From: Armatimonadota bacterium
GTDB taxonomy: Bacteria > Armatimonadota > SYMT01
Direction of reading: 5' to 3'
NCBI GenBank assembly: GCA_041690135.1
Contig: JAWLHY010000004.1
Location: forward strand, 128,001 to 192,000
DNA: 64,000 bases
Shown here one piece after another: positions 8,722-17,876 of this stretch (position 1 is its first letter; each line of letters starts with the position of its first letter). The notes beneath the pieces are model-generated. The model worked only from the letters and a program-made list of their open reading frames with translations. It was not told the origin of the DNA and ran no database searches. The translations under genes were made by a program, and so were the position numbers.

Positions 8722-10323
8722 ATGATGTTTCCCCGACTAACAGCCCTCATGACGCTCTTCGCCGGCTCGGCCCTACTGGCCGGATCTCCGGTGCACCCCC
8801 TCGAAGCCGGCGGACCGCGCCTCCACGGACCGATCGACGTCTCTGCGCTGTTTCAAAGCCAGCCGCGCACGCTCCAGGTCACACCGCCCGCCGATGGCCG
8901 CCTGGACCTCCTCTGCGACGGCAACCGTCACTCGATCGTCCACGTTTCCCCGCCCCCCGGGAAACCCGCAGCGTTCCAGGTAATCCTGGACCGGCCGCGT
9001 GCCCTGAGTACCGTCAACCTGGAGATCCCGGAGGGGGACACCCTGCGCTGGTCCCTGGAGGGCGCAAACAGTCTCGCGGAACTGAATGGCCGCAAGGGGC
9101 GCTACCAGATGTTGATTCCGGAGCGAGAAGCAAGGGGAGGAGTGCTGGACCAGGCGCCGCTGGAAGCCGCGCCGGCATACCGCGTCTACCGCCTCACAGC
9201 ACGCCCGGCAAGTGGCGCGGGAGCGGTGCGGATTGCGGAGTGGAGCCTGTGGACGGAGCAGGCCATGAAGGCGATCGACGTGGAGTTCGTCGTTCCCACC
9301 GTCGCCGCACAGGGAGGGCTGCTGCAACTCCGCGCCCTGGCCCGACTGGATGCGGGCGCCCGCCAGAACGTCACCCGCCAGGCCCGGTGGGAGGTCACGC
9401 CTCCGGAGCGCGGGACCGTCGATGACCTGAGCCGTTTCGTCGGCAACCAGCCGGGAAAGGCCACCCTTGTGGCCCACTATGCCGACCTGCCATCGCAGCC
9501 CATCACTGTGGACGTCCTCCCCGCCGACCAGGCGCGGCCGGACTGGGTGGTGACCCACATCGAGCGCCACCCGCGCGTGCCCGAAGATGGCTCCGGCACG
9601 GCACTGCAGCCCGGGCAACTGGTGTACTGGCTGGTCCACGTGAAGAACTATGGGATCAGCGCTGCCGGCCCGGTGGAGGCAGAATGGCGCTGGGACGGTA
9701 AAGTCCTGGGCAAGGGCAAACTCGGCAAGCTGGACCGGTTCGCGCAAACGGAGGTCCTCGTCCGCACGAAATGGGATGCGCAGCCGCACCAGTTCGAGTT
9801 CATCATCGATCCGGAAAACACCGTCGCCGAAACCAGCGAGGAAAACAACCGCCTGGCCATCGCCACGGACGCCATCCCCGTGGGGTTTTGGGTGGAGGAC
9901 AGCCAGCTCACCTACCATCACCGAAACCAGCACCGCCTGGGAATCGGCAGCAACTGCTGGGAAGACTGGGCACAGCGCCAGATCCGCCTCTGGAACGAGT
10001 CCGGAATGAAGGAGAGCAGCAGTCCTTCCGCGCCAAACTGCCAGGCGGATGAGCCGAACAAGCCCCAGGGGACTCCCGGTGCCAGGCCTTCCATCTACCG
10101 GCTGGACCGCATCGTAGTGGTGGCCGACGGCATGCTGCCCCTGGCAGGCGGCTCGCCGCTCCGGGAGCCGGACCGGCGCGAGAAAACCGTGCGTCTGATG
10201 TTCGGCTTTCCCGCGCGTCATCCCAACACTGGCGCGCCCTACCGGCCCGCGTTCGACAAAGTCGAGGGCAATCCGTTCTACCTGGACCGCAGCCTCCTCT
10301 CACTGCTTCCGGATGCGGGCTAG
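8722..10323 (+). CDS. Secreted multi-domain protein with Ig-like and CARDB domains
   Basis: Signal peptide MMFPRLTALMTLFAGSALLAG; Ig-like segment NVTRQARWEV...GKATLVAHY; CARDB signature HVKNYG...IIDPENTVAETSEENN. Confidence 0.7.
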   Translation: MMFPRLTALMTLFAGSALLAGSPVHPLEAGGPRLHGPIDVSALFQSQPRTLQVTPPADGRLDLLCDGNRHSIVHVSPPPGKPAAFQVILDRPRALSTVNLEIPEGDTLRWSLEGANSLAELNGRKGRYQMLIPEREARGGVLDQAPLEAAPAYRVYRLTARPASGAGAVRIAEWSLWTEQAMKAIDVEFVVPTVAAQGGLLQLRALARLDAGARQNVTRQARWEVTPPERGTVDDLSRFVGNQPGKATLVAHYADLPSQPITVDVLPADQARPDWVVTHIERHPRVPEDGSGTALQPGQLVYWLVHVKNYGISAAGPVEAEWRWDGKVLGKGKLGKLDRFAQTEVLVRTKWDAQPHQFEFIIDPENTVAETSEENNRLAIATDAIPVGFWVEDSQLTYHHRNQHRLGIGSNCWEDWAQRQIRLWNESGMKESSSPSAPNCQADEPNKPQGTPGARPSIYRLDRIVVVADGMLPLAGGSPLREPDRREKTVRLMFGFPARHPNTGAPYRPAFDKVEGNPFYLDRSLLSLLPDAG

Positions 10324-10363
10324 AGCCGTCTGACAGCCGAAGATTGCCGGTGGAAACACGCTC

Positions 10364-11626
10364 ATGCTCTACCGGTACGGCATTGTGGCGCTCGTCGTCC
10401 TGATGCCCTGGCACGAAATCATCGTACGGCTCTGGCCGCCCCTGCGCATCTGGGATGAGGTGCTTCTCCTGCTGCTGGCCGGGGCGTTGGTCCGCGACTC
10501 CCTGCGCGAGCGAACCCTCCCGGCGCGCCGTCTGCTGCTCCCCATGGCGGCGCTTCTGGGCGTGGCTTCCGTTTCGGGGATCGCAAACCAGCTCCCCCCG
10601 GGACATGCGGCGGCGGGCATCCGGGCGCTCTTTCCGTACATGGTGGTGGGCTTGGCCGCCGCGAAGCTCCGGGAAGAGGCCGCGATCTGGCGAATTCTGC
10701 GGCTGATGGTCCTCATGGGCACGGTGGCGGCCCTCTACGGCATCGCCAGCTATCTCATGTTCCGTGTCTACGATGGCCGCAGGTTCATGCCCCTGCAGCC
10801 GGGTAATCTCGCCGAGGCCGTGCTGCTCTATCCCTACCAGTGCGGCGGCTATCCTTCCGGCTACCGGCTGGTCGGTACCATCCTGAATGACAACTATATG
10901 GGGGACTGGTTGGCCATGCTGGTACCGGTCGCCTTCGCGATGGTGAAGGTGGAAACACTCCCCATCCGCCGAGGCGGGTACCTGCTGGCGGTAATCGTGA
11001 TGACCATTGCCCTGGCCTGGACCTTTTCCCGAGCAGCATACGCCGCATTCGGAGTGGTCCTGCTCCTAACCGCCTGGAGAGTCGACCGCCGCATCCTTCT
11101 AGTCCTACCGCTCTTGGGCATCTCCGCCGCTCTCCTGGCATTTCCGGCGGATGTGTACCGGTTCTCGAATATCAGAGCGACCGAAGGGGGACGCGTGGCC
11201 GCCGTAAGAAAGGCCGCCGCCGTGCAGACGAGAAGTCCGCTTTACGGACGCGGCCCCGGAACTTCCGGCGTGATGGACCTTCACTATGCTCGCATCGCTG
11301 CCCAGATGGGACTGCTCGGGCTCGCAACCTTTGCCTGGCTGCTGCTGGCGAGCCTGGGGCTGACCCGCCGCGATACCCGAAGATCTCCGAATTGCGCCAC
11401 ACTATCGTCCGTATTGCCCATCAGCATGGGGGCTATCATGGTGGCGGCATTCGGTGGAGATGTCTGGGAAATTCCCCAACTGGCCTATACGTTCTGGACG
11501 GTTGCCGGTCTGCTCCAGGCTATGCCCGCAAGTGCAGGGTTCCGGAGCCCTGCTAACGATCCGGAGAGCGGCGATCAAACAATCCGTGTTGTCGCAGCAA
11601 GCGTACCGGTCGGATCCAGGGGGTAA
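10364..11626 (+). CDS. O-antigen ligase/Wzy-like membrane protein
   Basis: About 10-12 hydrophobic helices; RLVGTILNDNYMG, TFSRAAY, PLYGRGPG and QMGLLGL patterns. Confidence 0.75.
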   Translation: MLYRYGIVALVVLMPWHEIIVRLWPPLRIWDEVLLLLLAGALVRDSLRERTLPARRLLLPMAALLGVASVSGIANQLPPGHAAAGIRALFPYMVVGLAAAKLREEAAIWRILRLMVLMGTVAALYGIASYLMFRVYDGRRFMPLQPGNLAEAVLLYPYQCGGYPSGYRLVGTILNDNYMGDWLAMLVPVAFAMVKVETLPIRRGGYLLAVIVMTIALAWTFSRAAYAAFGVVLLLTAWRVDRRILLVLPLLGISAALLAFPADVYRFSNIRATEGGRVAAVRKAAAVQTRSPLYGRGPGTSGVMDLHYARIAAQMGLLGLATFAWLLLASLGLTRRDTRRSPNCATLSSVLPISMGAIMVAAFGGDVWEIPQLAYTFWTVAGLLQAMPASAGFRSPANDPESGDQTIRVVAASVPVGSRG

Positions 11627-12776
11627 GCCAGACCAAGCCGGGCGGAAGCGGCAGTTCGGACCAGTCCGGCGTGTTGGGCGATAGAACCCCGCGACAATAT
11701 CGCAACTGGTCCCGGAAGCGCTCCATTCCCAACAGGTCCAGGCGGACGTGCTGGAGAAGACCATGCGGCGTAATCGGAAGCGCACGCAAGCGGCGCGCAT
11801 AGTGCGCCGCTAGAACCTCTGCCGCTGGGTCCTGCGGCAATCGAGCCAGCACCCCTTGCGCAACGGTGCTATCCAATAGCTCGGCGCAAAGCAGCAAGGC
11901 CAACTGCACCCGTCGCAGGGTGCCGCTGCGCTGTGCCAAGCGACAACCATACTCCCAGTCCGCAGTCCCGTTGACGTGCAGGAGGGCCGTCAAATCGACG
12001 GCATAGCCCAGGCAGTCCCAGTGGTGGCGCGCCGCATGGACCGCGAGACAGACCAACTGGTCCTCTGGGGCAAGCGAATAAATGCGCCGCCCGAGCACGA
12101 AGCCCTCCCGGCGGCGTTGCCGAAGTTCCGCCATGTCCAGTTCGGCAAAGTACCGGCTCGAAACGCGCCAGTGCACTTCCAGGAGCACACGGTCCTCGGC
12201 CCGCAGGAACTGGAGGTGGTATCCCTCGCGAATCAGCTGCGCCGTCTGCTCCGGAGTGAGGGAGGGTGTAGCCTGGTAACCCCTCTCCACCAGCAGTTCC
12301 TGAACCCGGAAAAGCTCGGCTTCCGGAACGAGCAGATCCAGGTCCCGGAAGGACCGCTTTTCGGGGCTCCCGTAAAGACTTGCCGCCAATGCGGGTCCTT
12401 TATAGGCAATGACTTCGATCCCATGGCGGCCGAGCAGTTCGACCACCCGAAAAAGCTCCGCGGTCAGTTGCAGAGCTCGACGCGCTCCCTGCGACAGAAG
12501 CGGCGAGAGCTGGCCGCCGAGAGCCTGGGCAGCTTCGCCGTGCAGCGACCCAAGCACTCCTGCCGCCTGGGAAGATACCCGGTGGTACCGGCAGAGGGCA
12601 GCCACGCTTTCCGGAGCAAACGATCCGGTTAAGGCTCTCGCTGCATCCTCCAGAGGACGCGTGCCCAGACCCGCTCGCAGCAGGGTCAGTAGGATTTCAA
12701 AATCGGCATCACGCGTGTCCAGTGGAGTGGCTCTTTCCGTCCGCGAAGGGTTCCCTTCGGCCGATCCCGACCTCAC
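11553..12776 (-). CDS. Lasso-cluster-type nucleotidyltransferase family protein
   Basis: YKGPALAASLYG, RSFRDLDLLV (DxD), LEVHW and LAVHAARH motifs. Confidence 0.85.
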   Translation of the reverse strand: MRSGSAEGNPSRTERATPLDTRDADFEILLTLLRAGLGTRPLEDAARALTGSFAPESVAALCRYHRVSSQAAGVLGSLHGEAAQALGGQLSPLLSQGARRALQLTAELFRVVELLGRHGIEVIAYKGPALAASLYGSPEKRSFRDLDLLVPEAELFRVQELLVERGYQATPSLTPEQTAQLIREGYHLQFLRAEDRVLLEVHWRVSSRYFAELDMAELRQRRREGFVLGRRIYSLAPEDQLVCLAVHAARHHWDCLGYAVDLTALLHVNGTADWEYGCRLAQRSGTLRRVQLALLLCAELLDSTVAQGVLARLPQDPAAEVLAAHYARRLRALPITPHGLLQHVRLDLLGMERFRDQLRYCRGVLSPNTPDWSELPLPPGLVWLTPWIRPVRLLRQHGLFDRRSPDR

Positions 12777-12927
12777 CCAGGATCACTGAAATATACGCGA
12801 ATCGGATGGCCGGAGTGTGGCACACCGTGGAATCAAGCCACGAGGTACGGCCACTCGTCGCGCGAGCAACCGACAATCGTCGCGGGAGCATCGCGAACAA
12901 CCCGCGGCTCATCCTAGGGAGTGCACT

Positions 12928-13425
12928 GTGGCCGCGAGGGCAGACGAAGAACGAAAAGAGCGGGGTACGAGTTGGCGCATCCGGGGTATTGCACCCCACG
13001 AGTGGGGCTTGCTGGCAAGTGCCTGGGCAGCGCTGTTGATCGTAGATCTCGCGCTTCGGCTTTCCGGCTACCCGAAGGTGCGCCATTGGAAAGCATTCCA
13101 GGCCCGTTCGCAGCGCGCCACCGGTTCACCGCCCGGGGAACCGCAGATCACCCGGCTTTATCAGCTCGTCGCTATCGCGGCCCGCCACCATCTTTATCCC
13201 ATGCTCTGTTTGCGACGCGCCCTGGTCCTGAAGTGGCTCCTCGCCCGGCAAGGACTGGAAACCGAACTCCGATGGGGAGTCGCTCGCCACACGCCTGCGC
13301 TGAACGCCCATGCGTGGTTGACCTGGAACGGGAGGCCAATTGGTGAGCCTCGAGACCCCCACGAAACTTACACGGAATTGACTGCGGAAGGAAGTGGGAT
13401 TGAGCGCCGTCTGCGGAATAGTTGA
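12928..13425 (+). CDS. Lasso peptide leader peptidase (B2, transglutaminase-like)
   Basis: CLRRALVLKWLL...LRWGVAR...LNAHAWL catalytic Cys/His pattern; GTG start at 12928 follows AGGGAG (start uncertain). Confidence 0.88.
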   Translation: MAARADEERKERGTSWRIRGIAPHEWGLLASAWAALLIVDLALRLSGYPKVRHWKAFQARSQRATGSPPGEPQITRLYQLVAIAARHHLYPMLCLRRALVLKWLLARQGLETELRWGVARHTPALNAHAWLTWNGRPIGEPRDPHETYTELTAEGSGIERRLRNS

Positions 13426-15274
13426 CTTCGAAGAGCGCCCGATAGATCCTGGCAAACTCGCCCGCATGGTCCGCGCGATAGCCTATCGCGGGCCGGACGG
13501 GGCGCATCCGTGGGTCCACCAGAACGTTGGGCTGGCGCATCTTGCCTTTGCAACAACGTCCGAAGCCGGACGAGAACGACAGCCGCTGGTAGACCCGGAA
13601 ACGGGAATCGCGCTGGTCGGCGATATCCGCATCGACAACCGGGAAGACCTGATCGCACGCCTCGCCGGAAGCGGTCAGCTGCATCTGAACACCCCCACCG
13701 ACATCGAACTGGCGTTGGCTGCCTACAAGCGCTGGAAGAACGAGTTTCCACGCGAAATTCTAGGCGATTTCGCCCTGGCGCTTTGGGACCCGCGCGAACG
13801 CCAACTCCTGTTGACCCGAGATATCTTTGGACTTCGGCAACTCGTATACGCGCCCGTGAACGGGACAGTGGTGTTCGGCACCACCGTGGGAGCGGTGCGC
13901 GCCGCGCTGTCCGGCGAGCCGCCAATCAATCCGCGCCTCTTGATGAGCCTCCTGCGGGAGGGGTTCGGAGTGTGGACCCGAGAAACGGCCTATGCCACGA
14001 TATTTCGGGTTCCGCCCGCCACTGTCCTGACCTTTCGCGATTGCACACCTGGGGAGACCACCTACTGGGTGCTCCACCCACGTGCCGAGCGACGCACCGA
14101 TACGGAATGGCTGGATGCGTTTCGCTCTACGTTCGAAGACGCGGTGCGAGTGCGTCTCCGAACGCCTGGTCCGGTCGCCGTAGTGGTAAGCGGCGGGCTC
14201 GATTCATCCTCTGTCGCCTGTGTTGGCCATCAACTCGCGGGAAGCCCCTCACCGGCGGGGGCTCTGCGCCTCTATTCATTAGCGCTTGAGCGCACTCCCC
14301 GTGCAGACGAGCGTCAATACCAACGTGCAGTCAGCGTCGCATGTTCGGGAAGGCCTTTCACGCCGATTCCCGGCGACGATCTTTGCGCGCTCCAGGAGTT
14401 TGGGCGCGATTCCGGCTTCGACCTGGATGAGCCGGAAGTCGAAGTGAACCGCAACTTCCTGTCAGTGCCCTTTCGCCGGGCCGCTTCCGATGGATGCCGG
14501 GTGGTCTTCACCGGCCACGGTGGCGACGAGGTGCTAGGCGGCAGAGCCTACTTTCAACCGGATCTTCTGGCGGATGTAGGGCTGCACCGCCTGTGGACAG
14601 AGTTGGAGCACTTTCGTCGTGGCTGCCGTCAACCCGCCTGGCGGCTCCTACTGTACACCTACGGAAGACAAATTATCCCGCGAGGGCTGGTGCGCGCCGC
14701 ACGCCGGTGGTCGTCTCCCCCTTCGCTCCGCAATCTGGAGTTTGCCCTGGATGTCAATTACGGGAGAAAAGACCGGCGGGCCATGCCCACCTGCTCCGCG
14801 CAGGTAGTCCACGAACGGCTGGACCGTGGCTACTACCGAGCCCACCTGCAAATGCTCGAGCGGGTTGCGGCCAACGAGAGCCTCGAAATCCGCCTGCCTT
14901 TCCTCGACCGTCGCGTTGTCGAATGCCTGGTCTCTATACCGCCACACTTGCGCTTCCGTGACGGCTGGTCGAAATACATCCTACGACACGCGCTTCGCGA
15001 CTATCTTCCGGAGTGTGTGCGGGAACGCAGAAGCCACAGCGAATTCTCCGGATTGATCGACCGCGGACTGCTTGAAGTCAATCGTCAACGCGTGGAGGCC
15101 CTCCTCTCCGGCTCACACGTCGCCCGGGAAGGGTTGCTGGATCCTTCCGCGATCGCGCGTATGTGGAGTGTCTATCGTCAGGGAAGCGTAGCGACCGAGC
15201 GCCTACTCTTGACCCGACTGCTTTGTGTCGAAGAATGGCTACGAACGCGAAACCTTTCCCACGAAATCGGATAG
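13400..15274 (+). CDS. Lasso peptide cyclase (C; asparagine synthetase homolog)
   Basis: MSAVCG N-terminus (TTG start, Cys not at position 2), RGPDG, SGGLDSS ATP-pyrophosphatase loop, TGHGGDE and RLPFLDRRVVE; lies between B2 and the precursor. Confidence 0.9.
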   Translation: MSAVCGIVDFEERPIDPGKLARMVRAIAYRGPDGAHPWVHQNVGLAHLAFATTSEAGRERQPLVDPETGIALVGDIRIDNREDLIARLAGSGQLHLNTPTDIELALAAYKRWKNEFPREILGDFALALWDPRERQLLLTRDIFGLRQLVYAPVNGTVVFGTTVGAVRAALSGEPPINPRLLMSLLREGFGVWTRETAYATIFRVPPATVLTFRDCTPGETTYWVLHPRAERRTDTEWLDAFRSTFEDAVRVRLRTPGPVAVVVSGGLDSSSVACVGHQLAGSPSPAGALRLYSLALERTPRADERQYQRAVSVACSGRPFTPIPGDDLCALQEFGRDSGFDLDEPEVEVNRNFLSVPFRRAASDGCRVVFTGHGGDEVLGGRAYFQPDLLADVGLHRLWTELEHFRRGCRQPAWRLLLYTYGRQIIPRGLVRAARRWSSPPSLRNLEFALDVNYGRKDRRAMPTCSAQVVHERLDRGYYRAHLQMLERVAANESLEIRLPFLDRRVVECLVSIPPHLRFRDGWSKYILRHALRDYLPECVRERRSHSEFSGLIDRGLLEVNRQRVEALLSGSHVAREGLLDPSAIARMWSVYRQGSVATERLLLTRLLCVEEWLRTRNLSHEIG

Positions 15275-15325
15275 ACTCAGGCTGAGAGCACTGTCTCACA
15301 ACCGGATGGCTGTTAGGAGCTAGCG

Positions 15326-15508
15326 ATGATGACTGAAACGGGTACCGCCACGACTGAAGCCGGGGCCGCAGGCCCAAAACAGAATCCGATGCCGCCTTCC
15401 CGGAAGCCTTACGAAGCGCCGCGGATCACCCACCTGGGGCAGGTCGAAGCGGTGACTCAAGATGGTGGCGGGGCGTTCGTCGACGGTCTGGGAACTTCAC
15501 AAATCTAA
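15326..15508 (+). CDS. Lasso peptide precursor (A); predicted core DGGGAFVDGLGTSQI at 15461-15505
   Basis: RBS AGGAG; leader YEAPRITHLGQVEAVTQ places Y-17, P-14, I-12, G-8 and T-2 at canonical spacing; acceptor Asp at core position 8. Confidence 0.88.
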   Translation: MMTETGTATTEAGAAGPKQNPMPPSRKPYEAPRITHLGQVEAVTQDGGGAFVDGLGTSQI

Positions 15509-15523
15509 GGGCACAGCTATCAG

Positions 15524-16708
15524 TTGGGGGGCGGTCTGCAACCTACGCTCGTTCCCATCTCCCTTGACCCGTCCCTCCTCGCGTCCTATGCGACAGCATT
15601 TGGCCTCGCGGACGCCAAGGAGGGTGCACAGTATCTCGCCACGGCCATAGCTACCGGATCTTTCTGGAACGATTACCAGCCGAGTGTACTCGTCATTCGA
15701 CTGGATAGCGATCCGATAGCGGCCGCTATCGGCTTCTTCGATGCCGCTGCCCGTTCCCGATTGGCAGCACAGGCGAAGGCGCTGCATGCGGGCTTGCGCC
15801 GCTTGAAATATGTTGACGATCAAACGGTCCGATCGGCTGTTTCACAACTGGCAAGCAAGCTCCGCGACCGCTTCGGCTGTGACTTTCTCCAATCGTGTCG
15901 CTTCACGGCCATCCCACGGGGCGGGCTGATTGTTCTTGGCTGGCTCTCGTATGAACTGGGTCTGAAACCGGACCAACTAGAGCCTCCCGACGACGCAGGC
16001 GTGCCCCTGGTAGTTGTAGACGACTGTGCGATCACCGGAGCCCGCTTTGGCGCCTGGCTCCGGAAAAACCCACACCGCAATGTCGTCTTCGCACATCTGT
16101 ACTCCCCGGCTGCCACCTGCAGGAATATCCTGGATCGCGAGCCGCGAGTGCAGGAGTGTCTTTCCGCCTTCGACCTCGCTGACTATGGTAGGGAAGATCT
16201 CGGCGGTGGCCTGGGCGATTGGGAACAGGAATGGACCGCCCGTATGAGCGGCTCTCGCTACTGGATTGGCCGCACCGACTACGTTTGCTTTCCCTGGGGT
16301 GAACCCGATCGGTCGGTTGCCGACCCGCTAACGGGCGGAACTTTGCCCGCCTGGCCTCTGGTCCCCGGGTGCCCAAACAAGAGCCCCACACCTCTCCAGG
16401 ACCCTGGGGTGACTGTAAGCTCGATTCCGGGTACCTTGGGGGGACATCGCCTGCCGGATGGCGTCGTTTACGGTGAGGTGGCGGGTTGGACCGTGGTAGG
16501 AAACCTGTACACGGGGGCCTGCATAGGCTTGCGGGAGAGCGGTGCCAGCTTCTGGGAAGCCCTGCGGATATCCTCTTCCCGCCGAGAAGCCCTGGAGACT
16601 CTGCAGGCGGAATATGGGGTCGATGCCGCGACTCTCGAAACGGACCTGGAACGGTTCGTCGCCGAATTGGCACAACTCGGTTTTCTCCACTCCCCAGCCG
16701 ATGCCTGA
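15524..16708 (+). CDS. Type I phosphoribosyltransferase-like domain fused to a C-terminal PqqD/RRE (lasso B1) domain
   Basis: FTAIPRGG (PPi loop), LVVVDDCAITG (PRPP-binding motif) and VCFPW; the last ~85 aa (GLRESGASFWEAL...LQAEYGVDAATLETDLERFVAELAQLGFL) match the PqqD pattern. Start uncertain. Confidence 0.8.
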   Translation: MGGGLQPTLVPISLDPSLLASYATAFGLADAKEGAQYLATAIATGSFWNDYQPSVLVIRLDSDPIAAAIGFFDAAARSRLAAQAKALHAGLRRLKYVDDQTVRSAVSQLASKLRDRFGCDFLQSCRFTAIPRGGLIVLGWLSYELGLKPDQLEPPDDAGVPLVVVDDCAITGARFGAWLRKNPHRNVVFAHLYSPAATCRNILDREPRVQECLSAFDLADYGREDLGGGLGDWEQEWTARMSGSRYWIGRTDYVCFPWGEPDRSVADPLTGGTLPAWPLVPGCPNKSPTPLQDPGVTVSSIPGTLGGHRLPDGVVYGEVAGWTVVGNLYTGACIGLRESGASFWEALRISSSRREALETLQAEYGVDAATLETDLERFVAELAQLGFLHSPADA

Positions 16709-17735
16709 TCTAGAGTTCCAGCAAGCCTCCCCGTCCCGCTCATACCCCTCGCCACCGACGTATGCAGTCTACGGCGTGTGCTTCGATTCGGATTTCGCGT
16801 TTCGCACACCGCTCCCTCGCGTGACGGGGAAACCCTCCTTTCGTTACCTCTGCCGGGCCGACCGATACCGAGTACCGGTCCCAGCGCCAGAGATCTATCG
16901 GAGCCGAAGGGTCGCTACCGATGGCACTCCCAGCCTTATCCTCCGACAACATGGGGATACGATTGCCTTTTGCCTCCCTGACGGCACCCATCTCGTTCTC
17001 CGTCCGGACCAGATCGAGGCATACGCGGCGGATGAGCGACAGCAAACGATGGCGGAAATCTGCCTACTCGGGACCGTTCTCTCCTACTTGCGAGAGAGGG
17101 AAGGAATCCCTGTTCTCCACGCATCCGTAGTCGCGGTGGAGGGGAAAGGGGTGGCATTCCTGGCAGGAAACGGCGGGGGAAAGAGCAGTTTGGCGGCCGC
17201 TCTGATGCAGAAGGGATATCCGTTGGTGTCGGATGACCTGCTGCCGATCTTGACCCACTCGGGACGCTACGTAGCCGCCGCCGGGTACCCGCAGATGCGC
17301 TTCTGGCCGCAGGAGGCCCGCTTCTTCGTGGATGAGAGCAACAAACTAGAGCGGGTCCATCCGGACTTGGAAAAGCGACGCGTGCCGGTCGGTCTCCACG
17401 GCTTTGGCTCGTTCTGCGCACACGCTCTTCCCCTCTCGGCGATTTACCTACCGGAGCGCCACCCTGCCGCAGAACTCCAAGCACGTGTGGAAATTGTCCC
17501 CGTTCCACCTCGCGAGGCACTCGTTGCCCTGACTTCCCAGTTATTCATCCGCCCCCTCCTTGCCGAGTTCGGTTGGCTGGGCGAGCGGCTGCGCTTCCTC
17601 GCGCAGTTGACCCAGTGTATCCCCGTGCGACGACTACGCTATCCCTCGGGGATGAGCCGATTGGGCGACGTCGTGGAGCGAATCCTCGAAGACTTGGGCC
17701 ACGATCCACACCCAGGGTCCCCTAGCCCAACGTAA
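16701..17735 (+). CDS. HPr-kinase-like lasso peptide kinase
   Basis: LHASVV, Walker A AGNGGGKSS and LVSDD motifs; overlaps the PRTase-RRE stop. Confidence 0.85.
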   Translation: MPDLEFQQASPSRSYPSPPTYAVYGVCFDSDFAFRTPLPRVTGKPSFRYLCRADRYRVPVPAPEIYRSRRVATDGTPSLILRQHGDTIAFCLPDGTHLVLRPDQIEAYAADERQQTMAEICLLGTVLSYLREREGIPVLHASVVAVEGKGVAFLAGNGGGKSSLAAALMQKGYPLVSDDLLPILTHSGRYVAAAGYPQMRFWPQEARFFVDESNKLERVHPDLEKRRVPVGLHGFGSFCAHALPLSAIYLPERHPAAELQARVEIVPVPPREALVALTSQLFIRPLLAEFGWLGERLRFLAQLTQCIPVRRLRYPSGMSRLGDVVERILEDLGHDPHPGSPSPT

Positions 17736-17777
17736 AGAATGCCCCAGCAGAAATGCCGGGGCCATTCACCCAGTCCT

Positions 17778-17808
17778 AAAAAAAACCGGCTGGGTGACCC
17801 AGCCGGTT
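17778..17808 (-). terminator. Intrinsic terminator for the minus-strand surface-protein gene (possibly bidirectional)
   Basis: Perfect stem AACCGGCTGGG-tga-CCCAGCCGGTT with an A-run on the left, which reads as a U-run on the minus strand. Confidence 0.75.
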
Positions 17809-17876
17809 CAGGTTGATGGTGGCTTTTAGGGAACTGCCGCACGGGCCGCCATTCCTCAGTTGCCACTACAATTGCC

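Noticed and set aside
13400-15274. Housekeeping asparagine synthetase AsnB
   Set aside because: It lacks the Cys2 nucleophile position and lies between a B2 peptidase and a canonical lasso precursor.
16701-17735. Carbon-catabolite HPr kinase HprK
   Set aside because: No recognisable HprK N-domain or PTS context; it is coupled to lasso genes.
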